DNA of 63,536 nucleotides, counting the filler, from Saprolegnia diclina VS20 (taxonomy: Eukaryota): the NCBI RefSeq assembly GCF_000281045.1. It is 10 parts of 3 records of this genome, joined end to end, with 100 filler letters (N's around TTAATTAATTAA, not from the genome) between each part and the next. Parts side by side here need not be neighbours in the genome. Positions count along the whole stretch, not along the records: positions 5,179 to 26,793 come from NW_008246123.1; positions 26,894 to 38,202 come from NW_008246123.1; 8 more parts are not named here. One strand, given 5' to 3'. The position numbers were made by a program, and so were the translations under genes. The notes under the pieces were generated by a model that saw only the letters and a program-made list of their open reading frames with translations, was not told the DNA's origin and made no database searches. Of this stretch, positions 23,669 through 34,070 are shown piece after piece. How positions within the stretch are numbered: the stretch's first letter is position 1; every line of letters starts with the position of its first letter.

Positions 23669-24331
23669 CTACACAATCGAGCCGAATTTACCCCGGGGCA
23701 CGAGTTCGTCCGTGTTGTCTTGGTCGCCGCCGTGCTTGAAGTGGCCACGGACAGGCGGCTGCACCGAGCCAAACTGTCCGCGGGGCATGATCGTGAGCGT
23801 ATCGTCGGCTTTTGGGCTCCGTGGCGCGGGCGACGACGCGCGGCCATAGTTGCCCCGGGGCACGAGGTTCTCGACGGCGTCCGGGTGCGGGATCTCGGTC
23901 GTCAGGAGGCTATAGACCATCGCAAAGGCAAAGAGGACGGCGGCGACAAACGTCAGCGCCATCGTTGCGTTGTATGTATCGCAGTGGAACTGCGTCGGGT
24001 CATTGGCGCCGCAGCCGCCAAGGCCAGCCATGAAGATGCCGCAGAGCGCAAAGGCGATCGCGAGGAGGCCGTCGACGATGCGCTCAACGAGCACGTCGGG
24101 CTGCAGCCGGTCGAGCGCGAGCACAAAGAGGCTGTAGGACGCGGCGAAGAGGAAGCCGGCCGTGCCGACGACAAGCGTCATCATCATGGGCACCGTAATG
24201 AAGCGGTAGCTCTTGCTGTTGTCGCGGAACGTGAACGAGTCAAAGGCCATAAAGACCGCAACGAGCGTCGCGAGCGACGTGAGCGCCTGGAGGAGCCGCG
24301 CGCCCGTGCTGAGCAGCGCCGACGCAGTCAT
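23669..24331 (-). CDS. Four-TM (MARVEL-like) membrane protein, tandem paralog, 220 aa
   Basis: Shares YR[YF], D[IV][VL][LV]ER.[IV]DG and HPDAVENLVPRGNYG with its neighbour. Tail motifs are IMPRGQF, PVRGHF and ELVPRGKF. Confidence 0.8.
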   Translation of the reverse strand: MTASALLSTGARLLQALTSLATLVAVFMAFDSFTFRDNSKSYRFITVPMMMTLVVGTAGFLFAASYSLFVLALDRLQPDVLVERIVDGLLAIAFALCGIFMAGLGGCGANDPTQFHCDTYNATMALTFVAAVLFAFAMVYSLLTTEIPHPDAVENLVPRGNYGRASSPAPRSPKADDTLTIMPRGQFGSVQPPVRGHFKHGGDQDNTDELVPRGKFGSIV

Positions 24332-25297
24332 TTCCGCTTGGTGGGATTTGCCAAATGATAAACGCAAAATTGCACCGGCTAGCCAAACCAGCTGGGCCTT
24401 CGTCGTTGGCGAAATATACTTGGGTTTTGTATGCTATGTCGTACCGGGTTGTATCGCCAGCACAATACACGGAGAAGGGCAAAGCTGGATGTCCGACGCG
24501 GAGAATCCCCACTCGTTATACAAGTGTACTAGCTCTATCGTGCTGCTCTATGGCGACAACAGCGTCGTGCCGATGGCCGCATGGAGGCTACGATGTCCTG
24601 GGATGAGCCCAAAATTTTACTTCTACAATCGTGAGCTGTGTCGGGTTGTAGCACTCGGTGGTCGAGCGGCGACCATGTGGCCCACAACGCACTGGCCGAG
24701 GTCCGTCCTTGCGTCGCCCAACAACTCATCGCGTTGTACATTCTACTGGTACTGGGGTGGTAGAGAATGAATTGGGGTTGTCAGTCGCGACCTCGACGCT
24801 GTACTTTGTACAGATTCGTCGTTGGGACGCTCGCCGACGGCGGTTGAAGCGAGTGGACGCAGCGATAAAAATGGACCAGCAAGCTAACCCCGCGGTGGTT
24901 GGAGAGGCGGTGAGAGACGTCCAGGGGCAGCTGGCTTCGATGTGCGTCGGCAATATCTCGACATCGTCGTGAAGGTGCCAGCTTGTTGCCCCGCACGGTG
25001 CGGCGTCTCAAAAAGTAGGCGAGTCGAACGTTATTATAGTCTGAAGAAGACAAAATGGGTTGTCATCAGCGCGAGGCACGCGCCTGGTGAAGGAGACTCG
25101 ATACCACAAAGTCTCGGAATTCTGGGGTTTGAAAATCTGCACGTCCGAACGGGTTAAGTAGACTAGTGCAATGAGAATCTTTGGCGCGTTAATTCTGCAA
25201 TCGTAAGCATTTTATACAATCGCCAAATATATTCGCTGGCAGCCTCTGGTGTTCGCCCATGGGTGCGAAATAAGTCAAGAAGTGGTGTTCTTGTCGA

Positions 25298-25369
25298 CTT
25301 CTTTTAGTCTAGCGGTTTAGACACTGGTTTACCACCAGGTAGATCCGGGTTCAAGTCCCGGAGAGAGCA
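25298..25369 (+). pseudogene. Degenerate tRNA (Glu-like body, garbled anticodon arm)
   Basis: A box TAGTCTAGCGG, D stem GTCT/AGAC, and a perfect T arm CCGGG-TTCAAGT-CCCGG. The acceptor stem is weak (a C:C and two G:U pairs) and the anticodon stem is only 4 bp, with loop TTTACCA. Confidence 0.65.
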
Positions 25370-26170
25370 CCACTTTCTGATTAAATACAACGAGCGAGGG
25401 AAACGTGACGCCCCAGAGTATTGGCACGACGTTGTGGAGCGCGCAGAGATTGCCACGTCACAACAACGCGGACCAAAGGCCAATAAGAGCTTTGTTGGAC
25501 CATTGGAGCCATCCTACCGGGACTTTGAGCAGCGGTTGGCACAGTATCTCTCCGACACTGACGATCTTTGCAGTGACTATCCACCTCGAGCACTCGCCCC
25601 ATTGGCTACTTCGCTTTGTGGTCCTGCAGACGGTCTTTCATTGTCATGCATCGCCGTCGCTCGCCATCGAGACGTCCCTCGAATAGACTCGTGGCGTCGC
25701 GCGCGAGTGCCCTGCAAAGCTACAGCAGACGCTAAGACTGTTGCCTCAGTCGGCCACGCGAGGGCTTTGCCAGCACTGGGCGGCGGACCTTGAGCGCAGC
25801 AGTGTCAAAAATGCATTCGAGCGATCGGGCAAGATGTCCAGCGCGTCTTTGCCCCTATTTGTTTTGGATGTTGGGACATCAATTCGACCACCCAACCAAC
25901 ATCCATAGTAGATCTCCGCACAATCGGAGGCGGTCGACCCGAGTGTCGTCGCCCAAGCACTGGGCCTCGCATGCACTGTCGTCAATGATGATGACTGCAG
26001 TCCTATTGGCGATACGACTATCGCAGCAGTATTTACTGAGGTACTGGTTGCGCCCCCGAGCAAGGTGACTGCCACATGTTCCGGGCATGACTTCGAGAGT
26101 CGTTGGTGCGGTAAAGACTCGGCGGCATAAATAGCTCTCACATCGGTTTCCTCCGTCTTCACATCACAAC

Positions 26171-26788
26171 ATGGAGCTTGTACCTGCGTCCCGCTTGACG
26201 TCGTCGCAGGCAGCACAGCTCCTCGAGCTCGTCACGATCTCGATGCAAAACGAGCCGCCCATGGTGGCGATCGACCCGGACAGCGCCGACCACCGCTACG
26301 TCATCACAAAGTGGCTCACCGAGAAGCGCTTGTCCGGGAACGTCGCCGCCTCGTACGTCTACCTCGATGACACCGGCCGCGTCATCGCGCACGGCATTCT
26401 GTCGCCGCCCGGCGTCGGCGCGCCGGCCCCCACAACGCTGTGGCAACGGCTCGTGAGCGGCTTCATTTTCGCACCCTACTACATTGGCTGGACGGCGTAT
26501 CGCCGGCTGCAGTTGCTCATGGGCGACTTTCACGGCGCCGGCCCCGACGCCTACATGCTGCAGGCGCTCGCGGTGGACCCGACGCTGCGGGGACAAGGGA
26601 TTGGGACGCGCTTTGTGCAAAGTCTACTGCACGACGCACTTCCTGCAGGCGCGACCGTCCAGCTCTTCACCCAAGTCGAGCGCAACGTCTCGTTCTATGA
26701 AAAACTCGGTTTCCGCACCATAGCGACGGCGACGACGACTGTCGAAGAGTACTCGTTCCCGAATTTCGTCATGACCGCGACGCTCTAA
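26171..26788 (+). CDS. GNAT-family N-acetyltransferase
   Basis: Motif A LAVDPTLRGQGIG and motif B RNVSFYEKLGF. Confidence 0.92.
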   Translation: MELVPASRLTSSQAAQLLELVTISMQNEPPMVAIDPDSADHRYVITKWLTEKRLSGNVAASYVYLDDTGRVIAHGILSPPGVGAPAPTTLWQRLVSGFIFAPYYIGWTAYRRLQLLMGDFHGAGPDAYMLQALAVDPTLRGQGIGTRFVQSLLHDALPAGATVQLFTQVERNVSFYEKLGFRTIATATTTVEEYSFPNFVMTATL

Positions 26789-27097
26789 CTTTANNNNNNN
26801 NNNNNNNNNNNNNNNNNNNNNNNNNNNNNNNNNNNNNTTAATTAATTAANNNNNNNNNNNNNNNNNNNNNNNNNNNNNNNNNNNNNNNNNNNNTATCAAG
26901 CATAGCATGGCTCCGACGGAGCCCCGTACGTCGAGTCCTTCTAGCTTCGGCGCATCACGAGATTCGACTGCCTGCAGGCGTCCCATGCCCCGGTCGGTAT
27001 GCGAGCAACCTGGCAAGGACGTCGATGCCGAATTTAAAATAATATTCGGCAGATTTCGTATCCGGATGCTCTAAGATTCCAGCATTTGCCTCCAAGC

Positions 27098-28048
27098 ATG
27101 GCCACGTACGCGCTGCCGAGCCGGTCGAGCCGCGGGTCGCGCATCAACAAGCTCATCGGCGAGGCCGCCGAGGCCGACGAGACCTTCTGGAACAACGAGG
27201 TGTGGGCCGAAGGCGAGGACGACGACTACTCGACCGAAGCTGAGGAAGAGGACGTTGTCGACTCGGACTTTTTCGACGACGAAGCGCCCGACGACGAAGT
27301 GCATGATGCAGACGAAGAGCGCCCGGCCAAGCGCACTCGAAGCACACGATCTGCGTTCAAGGAGCCAGTGCCGGTGGCGCCAAAGCGGCCTCGGCGCACA
27401 CCTCCAGTGGTCGACGCGCCGCCTTTAATGCCCCTCGACGTTGCCCCCATGGAGGTTCGGTCCAGTACGATCAACAAGCGTGTCTTGTCGCACGACTTGC
27501 AGGAGCGGTACGCTCAAGAAGCGCGCAAGGCGCAGGCCGAGAAGAACGCGGCCGCGCCCAAGGTCGTCGTGCGCATGACGCAGGCCCAGCTCCTCGCCGA
27601 AGCTGTTCGCACCGAAGTCGACAACACGCAGAGCCTCAACCGCCTTGAGCGCATGGAAGAAGAGAAGCGAGCGGACGACATGGTTCCCAAGGCCAAGTTC
27701 ACAGGACCCGCCATTCGCTATTACAGCTCGCTGCACACACCCAAGCTCATTACGTTCCTCAACGTCGACGAGTTTCCCGCCGTCTTGACGCAGGGCCCAC
27801 CCCAAGTCCGACGACGGGTAGCCAAGCCCACCGAGGCGCCTGTGCTTGTTGCCGGGCAGACAAAGACCAAGCCCGACCGGATCGAGACCAAGCCCGACCG
27901 GATCGAGACCAAGCCCGACCGGATCGAGACCAAGCCCGACCGGATCGAGACCAAGCCCGACCCGACCGAGACCAAGCCCGACCCGACCGAGACCAAGCCG
28001 ACCGCGCTCGGCGTCGAGGCCATGGTGGACATGGTGGTGGCCTCATGA
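27098..28048 (+). CDS. VPS72: VPS72/YL1 (SWC2) H2A.Z-chaperone subunit
   Basis: RSSRGSRINKLI, an acidic DVVDSDF block, MTQAQLLAEAVRTEVDNTQSL and FTGPAIRYYS. Confidence 0.85.
   Translation: MATYALPSRSSRGSRINKLIGEAAEADETFWNNEVWAEGEDDDYSTEAEEEDVVDSDFFDDEAPDDEVHDADEERPAKRTRSTRSAFKEPVPVAPKRPRRTPPVVDAPPLMPLDVAPMEVRSSTINKRVLSHDLQERYAQEARKAQAEKNAAAPKVVVRMTQAQLLAEAVRTEVDNTQSLNRLERMEEEKRADDMVPKAKFTGPAIRYYSSLHTPKLITFLNVDEFPAVLTQGPPQVRRRVAKPTEAPVLVAGQTKTKPDRIETKPDRIETKPDRIETKPDRIETKPDPTETKPDPTETKPTALGVEAMVDMVVAS
27866..28000 (+). repeat. 21-bp coding minisatellite (about 6.5 copies)
   Basis: ACCAAGCCCGACCGGATCGAG x4, then ACCAAGCCCGACCCGACCGAG x2, then a partial copy; encodes TKPDRIE/TKPDPTE. Confidence 0.95.
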
Positions 28049-28130
28049 TCTTCGTTTCTAATTTACTCTTTCGCCTTTGACGGAAACGCCATGAAGTTGC
28101 CGGTATGGACAGAGGTCGTCGACGTGGCAC

Positions 28131-28921
28131 TTACGCCTTCTTTTTCTTGTCCGTCGCGGCCTGCTCCTTGGCCATGGCGGCGTCCGTCGCGCGCCAGTAG
28201 AAGAGGACCTGCGCCACGAGCATGCCGTTGAGCGCAACCGAGATGAGGAAGCCAAGCATCTGCACTTGGTCGCCGGTTTCCTACATACGGCGATAAGAAC
28301 TTGGAGATGGAACGTATGAGGCTTTACCTGGAGCGACGTGAAGAGGCGCGCGGCCGACCCGCCGAGGTTGAGGAAGAGCGTCACAAACGCGAGCTGGCCC
28401 GTGTGGCCCTGCTTAAAGTTGGAGAAGACCTGCGGGATGCGCGACATGATGGACGCGGGGATGCTCGCAGATGGGAGGATCCAGAGGTGCTCGTCCGGAA
28501 GGTGCAGCATGGCGGCGCCGAGGCCGAGGAAGATAAGGACGCCGAGGAGCTGCTGGGAGCGCGGCGCGCTCGAGTAGACCCAGAGGAGGAAGACGAGGAT
28601 GCAGTTCTGGACGAGGATCACAGCGTTCTCGCCCCAGGTGCTAATGGGGTAGCCGCGGAGGAAGTTGTAGACGACGCTGGCCTCGAAGACGAGCACCTCG
28701 AGGTAGAACCCGGACGGGCTCAGGCCCGCGACCGACTTGGCCGAGATGATCTTGAGGATCTGGGGCAGCTTGAGGATGAAGCTGCCGAGGATGATGGCGT
28801 AGCCGAGCGCCTTGGAGAGCACGGCCTTGAAGCATGCCACGTGGAGGAAGTCGTGCTGCGTAAAGTACGTCTCGTAGCACTGCGGCGTGAAGACACCATA
28901 CACGAGGTCCGTCGACGCCAT
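28131..28921 (-). CDS. MPDU1: Mannose-P-dolichol utilization defect 1 (PQ-loop) protein
   Basis: LSKALGYAIILGSFILKLPQILKI, RIPQVFSNFKQGHTGQL and GSAARLFTSLQETGD; 47-bp intron at 28281-28327; di-lysine C-terminus KKKKA. Confidence 0.93.
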
Positions 28922-29439
28922 TTTCGTTTCTGACTAAAGACGGCTGGGTGGCGAGGGCTCTTGGCTAAACGCACGCTCCCTAACACCCACTGTCTCTGCA
29001 CCGTCGAGTCGACACTACGTTTGGAACGCCAGGAATCGGTTGCCATCAACGGGATATGCAAGCAACATCGCAGGGCCCACGCGGTGAGCATGCAGCAGTG
29101 ACGCCCACACCGCATCCCCGTCCCACACAATATTTGGACTTTGGGATGCAGGATCGAGAAGGCGACCCAAAGACATTGCATTAGTGAGCACAGGGACCGC
29201 ACGCGGGCTGTTTGTTTGTCGAGGGTGTCCACGTGCTACAGATGCGTCGTGGATGCACGAGACGCCCGCGCGAGAACCGTGCGCGGCAACGAGTTGGGTG
29301 CGAATAGACGCACTTACGCCGCCAAAAACGCGCCAAAAGCCGCCACGTGGTCGACGATCCTTGTCCCTTTCTACTTCTTCGTCGAACTCTCGTCCAAGCG
29401 TAACACTCAGGGAACACGGGATGTGAAAGGATGCAGTTA

Positions 29440-30077
29440 TTACATGGCGAGGAGGTGCCGGAAGTCGGAGAGGTTGAGACGCCCGTCCTTGTCGACATCA
29501 GCGGTCGCGACGAGCACCTTGAGGTCATCGTCGCTGAGGCTGCCGTACCCCAACCGCTCAAAGAGATGCGAGAGCACTTGGCAGCTCACATATCTAGCTC
29601 ACTCCCATCACGTGACTTCCACACTTGGCTGCGTACCCCGTGTTTTCCGGGTCGTAGGCACGGAAGGCGTCAGCGACCGGATCGTAGTCGGTCACGTCGT
29701 TCTGCAGCAAGAGGTCGCACAAGTCGTCCTCGGTGACTTCTGACGCGTTGTTGAGGAGGACGCGGAAGTCGCGGGTTGTCATGTCGGGGTAAAAGATGCT
29801 CAGACGCGTCTACGAGGCGTCCATAGCATCGACGACGATGGAGTAGTGTACCTTGAGGTTCTCCATGGTGACCAAGCCGCGGTGTTCGACGTCGAGAAAG
29901 TCAAACGCCGCACGAATCTGGTCGCGCGTGACAAGAACACCACCGTGCTCCTACAAACAGCCTCGCCGTGAGAGTGGCCTTGCGGAGCCGGTGTACGTTG
30001 CGGGGCACGGCCTCCAGCGCACTAAAGAGGTTTGCCGTCGACTGGCGCGGGCTCGAATTGCGGCGAGGCGACGTCAT
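29440..30077 (-). CDS. EF-hand calmodulin/centrin-like protein, 4 exons
   Basis: The spliced product contains AFDFLDVEHRGLVT, AFRAYDPENTGYVS and ADVDKDGRLNLSDF. Confidence 0.85.
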
Positions 30078-30418
30078 TCTTGAAACGCCAGGGGTGTTGC
30101 AGAACGAACGGTTCACGCAAGCAGAAACCCACCATTCTCCCTTGAAGTAGGAACATTCAACATCCTGGAAGGACCTAAGGGGTTTAGGTCGATCGAGGTT
30201 GGTTGCTGCTATTGCGGTTGATACTGTGGTGTTAAGCATACGTTGCGACAGGACACACTTCGCTCGCGGTGTCACGGAAAGCGAGCTTCCTGTCGCTCGA
30301 GCTACATCAGGCAGTCCGCGTCCAGATATAAACAATTGAGTCGACTAAAGTTTATGCACCAAGTAGCTACACGTCTGGTAGCTCTGGCTCTGGAGTCGGT
30401 GTCGTGATGTTGCACTCG

Positions 30419-31235
30419 TCACTGCTGGCGACACTGCGGCTCGGAGGACCCCGCGGCGTGGAGTCGCTCGCGCAACACTTGGCGCTCGACCGCCACGACA
30501 GCATCCGGTTTCTTGTACTAGAGTAAATGTCCCTCTTGATATGCCTAGCCAACGAGTCGACGTACGCGAACGACGAGCGTGTTGCTCTCGTGCGTGAACG
30601 AGATGGCCGCCGCGTCGAGACGCTGGTTTTGGCGCACCAAGGCCGGGATCTGGAAGCGCTTAAAGTACTTTTTGTTGCTTGTTCGGATGCTGATCGTTTG
30701 TACGTCGTCGTCGATGCTAATGGCGTACGTCTCTTTGGGGTATGGAAGGTTCCGCACCCGCCACTCCCAGTGCGCAGGCGCCTCGCGGCACAGAAACGTC
30801 GGCTACACGGTCCAAAGCCACAACCTCTCAACCCCACAGCACTACCTGCGTGCTGCTGGGCGCCAAGCCAATATCGCGGCTTCGTCCTTCGGCCTACGAC
30901 CCGCGATACGTGGTCGCACGCATCGCACGAGCAAGTACCGGAAGAGGCTCGCCAATCTCGTACTCCCACCGCCCGTCGCCGCCGAGCGCCGTCGTGGTCT
31001 TCCATCGGCGCACTAGAGAGAGACCCGCAGTAGACCGCAGCGATCGTCAAGGCCAAACTACCCAAGAGCTCGGGCGGGCCGTCCTTCGTGTAATCTTCGA
31101 CGAGCTCGACGCCGTCGGCAAACGTTGTGTGCAGTCGCTTGCGGCCGCCAGCGACGACGACCGCCGAGTTGCCGCCGCTGTGACTACGGTACTACGCGGC
31201 GCGCGTGAGGCGCATCCAGTCACGGGTCGTACCAT
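30419..31235 (-). CDS. DPCD: DPCD family protein, multi-exon
   Basis: GRKRLHTTFADGVELVEDY; WRVRNLPYPKETY...IRTSNKKYFKRFQIP; YKKP...QCRQQ*. Confidence 0.9.
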
Positions 31236-31417
31236 GGAGAGACGCGATCTTGCTAAGTGCAATCAGAACTCACCTTGAGTGCCTGAACCTGTGCCTCGCG
31301 CACCTGGAAGCGGCTTCGCGAAGGCCTTCTGGTGCCTAATTAGGCACTATGGTTGCCGAATTCGGAGGATTTCGATTGCGTGGTAATCCGCATTTTGACC
31401 GCAGAAACCAAGAAGCC

Positions 31418-32062
31418 ATGCACGCAACCGGCGTCAAGAAGGCCGCGCTCGAAGCGCTTAGCACCCGCGCCCTCGATGGCCGTGGCCTCCGCATCGGCAT
31501 CTGCTACACCAAGTGGAACGAAGAGGTCATCTCGGCCCTCCGCGACGGCGCCGTCGCCACGCTCAAGGAGGCTGGCGTCGCCGAGAAGGACATTGTGCTC
31601 TTCTCCGTGCCGGGCGCATACGAGCTGCCGTACGCTGCGAGCCGCATGATCTCGTCCAAGGCTGTTGACGCGGTCATCTGCATTGGCTGCTTGATCAAGG
31701 GCGAAACGATGCACTTTGAGTACATTTGCGAGGCCGTCACGCAGGGCCTCAAGGACCTCAACCTCAACACGGGCGTGCCCGTCCTCTTGGGCGTCTTGGC
31801 CTGCCTCAATGAAACGCAGGCGCGCGCGCGTGCTGGCCTCGAAGAAGGCGGCCACAACCACGGCGTCGAATGGGCCCAGACGGCGATCGAGATGGGAATC
31901 TTGCGCCGCGAGACGGAGCCGACCCACGGTTGCTGCCCGCTCGGCTTCTCCAAGGAAGGCAAGTGCCCCATGCGCAGCCACTGGTTCTGCCACGCGACCA
32001 TGATGACGGTGATTGCGGGCTCGATCGCGCTCGGCATGCACATCGTCAACAAGCGTCTTTAA
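31418..32062 (+). CDS. RIB4: 6,7-dimethyl-8-ribityllumazine synthase with a C-terminal extension
   Basis: LRIGICYTKWN, VPGAYELP, DAVICIGCLIKGETMHFEYI and HNHGVEWAQTAIEM. Confidence 0.95.
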   Translation: MHATGVKKAALEALSTRALDGRGLRIGICYTKWNEEVISALRDGAVATLKEAGVAEKDIVLFSVPGAYELPYAASRMISSKAVDAVICIGCLIKGETMHFEYICEAVTQGLKDLNLNTGVPVLLGVLACLNETQARARAGLEEGGHNHGVEWAQTAIEMGILRRETEPTHGCCPLGFSKEGKCPMRSHWFCHATMMTVIAGSIALGMHIVNKRL

Positions 32063-32100
32063 GGTTCCAGCAGGTTTTTCTTGTTGATAAATAGAGCCTC

Positions 32101-32709
32101 TTACATATCGTCCATCTCGTAATCCGCGTCGTTGAACTCGTCGTCGTCGCGGTCGGGAGGCGAGTGGAAGCGCGGGTTGGACGGGCCAGCGTCGTTGGCT
32201 TCGTCCTCCTTGGCATCGGCGTCGTCGTCCTTCAAGATCATTTGGCTCGTAAGGCCGCCGATGAGCTCGTTCTCGCGCTTGATCCGCGCCGCTCGCTCCT
32301 TGTTCTTGCGCGCCTTTTTCTTGGCTTCCTCCTCAAGCGCGTAGATCTCCTTGTACTTTTCCTTCGTCACGCGCTCCTTGAGCAGCGTGAAGAACGCACC
32401 GCCCAGCGTACGCTCGCGGCCCGTGGTGGTCTTGAGCGTCTTGCCCTCCTTGTCCATGAGCAGCGTCTCGCTAAGCACGCTGCGCGTCAAGCGCTCGCCG
32501 ATGAGCTCGACCGTTCGGACGACGAGGTGGATCTTGCGCTCACCAAGCACCTGCGCGATCTCGCGGCCCACACGCTGCGCATGCGTTAGCTTCGGCCGGT
32601 TCTGGTTCCCGCGTCCGCCATTGCCACGACCTCCACGCCCGCCATGGCCACGACCTCCGCGCCCGCCATGTCCACGGCCACCAGCCTTCTGCGACGCAGC
32701 TTGAGGCAT
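32101..32709 (-). CDS. PHAX: PHAX RNA-binding-domain protein with N-terminal RGG repeats
   Basis: EIAQVLGE...LVVRTVELIG...GRERTLGGAFFTLLK; GGRG[HN]GGR repeats. Confidence 0.85.
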   Translation of the reverse strand: MPQAASQKAGGRGHGGRGGRGHGGRGGRGNGGRGNQNRPKLTHAQRVGREIAQVLGERKIHLVVRTVELIGERLTRSVLSETLLMDKEGKTLKTTTGRERTLGGAFFTLLKERVTKEKYKEIYALEEEAKKKARKNKERAARIKRENELIGGLTSQMILKDDDADAKEDEANDAGPSNPRFHSPPDRDDDEFNDADYEMDDM

Positions 32710-33091
32710 GCTGGGAATCGAATTTGTGTGGGCCTTAGTTTCCCTCCCTTTTTATTTCGCATTTGATTGGCTCTCGTGGGCGATCTTGCCGCCGATTGGC
32801 CATAATTCGCTCAAATTCGTGGCATCCTCTGCTTACAACTTGACCAGCTCCTTTGCTTCGTCGAGATCGTACGAGCTATGACGCGAAGGCTCTCCCTGCT
32901 ACGAGCAAGGAAATAGCTGACGAAAGCAAGCGTCAGGATGCGAGGCTGCTCTGGGCTTGACCTCGTCCGACGCCAGGCGAGCTACCCGTCCCAGCGTGTC
33001 AACTGCTCATGAAGCTTGAATCTGCGATGGTCTCTACCTGTCGTGCGTCGCAGAATGAAAGCGCCATGTTACGCTCTGCAAGGTAATCGTG

Positions 33092-33640
33092 TTAGAGTGG
33101 TGACATGGTGTCGCAGAGCCATTGGAAGCCCTCGGTGAGTCCGTCGCCGGTCGTGGCGACCGTGGGCTGTATGTGGCACTTGCGGCCTTGGTCTTCGCAG
33201 AGCTTTTCAAAGTCGAGCTGCGCCACGATGTCGCTGGCGTCACCCTGAATAAGGTCGCGCTTGTTGAGGATCACGAGCAAGCAGGCATCGTGGAGTTGGT
33301 CGTCGCTGAGCACGCCGTGCAGCTCGGCCTTGGCGAGCTCGAGGCGCTCGGCGTCCGAGCTGTCGATGACAAAGACAATGCCTTGGGTGCCAGTAAAGTG
33401 GTGGCGCCAGTACGGCCGCAGCGAGTCCTGGCCGCCAACGTCCCAGAGGTCGAGCGTGAGCCCATGGAACGCAATGGCCTCCGTGTTGAAGCCGATCGTG
33501 GGCAACGTCGGAATCGTCTTGTGGAGGCGCAGGTGGTACAGGATCGTCGTCTTCCCGGCCGCGTCGAGGCCCACGAGCAGCACGCGCCGGTGGTTCCGCG
33601 TCCAGAACCGGACGATCTTCCGCGACAGCGTCGAGCCCAT
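33092..33640 (-). CDS. ARF/ARL-family small GTPase, 182 aa
   Basis: MG myristoylation start, GLDAAGKTT, PTIGFN, WDVGGQ, NKRD and ATTGDGL.EG..WL. Confidence 0.95.
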   Translation of the reverse strand: MGSTLSRKIVRFWTRNHRRVLLVGLDAAGKTTILYHLRLHKTIPTLPTIGFNTEAIAFHGLTLDLWDVGGQDSLRPYWRHHFTGTQGIVFVIDSSDAERLELAKAELHGVLSDDQLHDACLLVILNKRDLIQGDASDIVAQLDFEKLCEDQGRKCHIQPTVATTGDGLTEGFQWLCDTMSPL

Positions 33641-34070
33641 GACGCGAGATCCGTCGGTTGCACACTTGGGACAAACCTCGTAAATCCCAATTCGGCAACT
33701 GCCACATAAAGAAACCTGCAACTGCCACGAACAATCTCCCACGCGACGCCACGTCATGTTGCCACGCGCGTGCAGAGCGGCTCGCTTCAGCAACCTACGA
33801 CGTCTCATCCTGCCGTCCGCGCCATGGCGAGTGGCTCACTAGTGCGTCCTGGACGGGCGGATTTCTGCGCCATGGACAACGATCCTCGCGCCAACCACCG
33901 ACGCACGATCGTCGACTCTAGTAGCTACTGCTGCGTCGACCTTTGCTGTGACCTGTCTATTCACCGCTCACGCACGAAACGGCTCAGGCCCAAATTGGGC
34001 ACAGCGTTGTACCCTCCCGCGCGCCTGTTAGCCTATTATAAACCGCCAACTGACAACTTGTCCAAGCCCG

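Noticed and set aside
22690..23870. LVPRG as a thrombin site indicating vector contamination
   Set aside because: It is embedded in native paralogous genes, occurs in degenerate variants, and has no tag or vector sequence nearby.
27866..28000. CRISPR-like array
   Set aside because: Head-to-tail coding repeats without spacers, in a eukaryotic gene with no cas genes.
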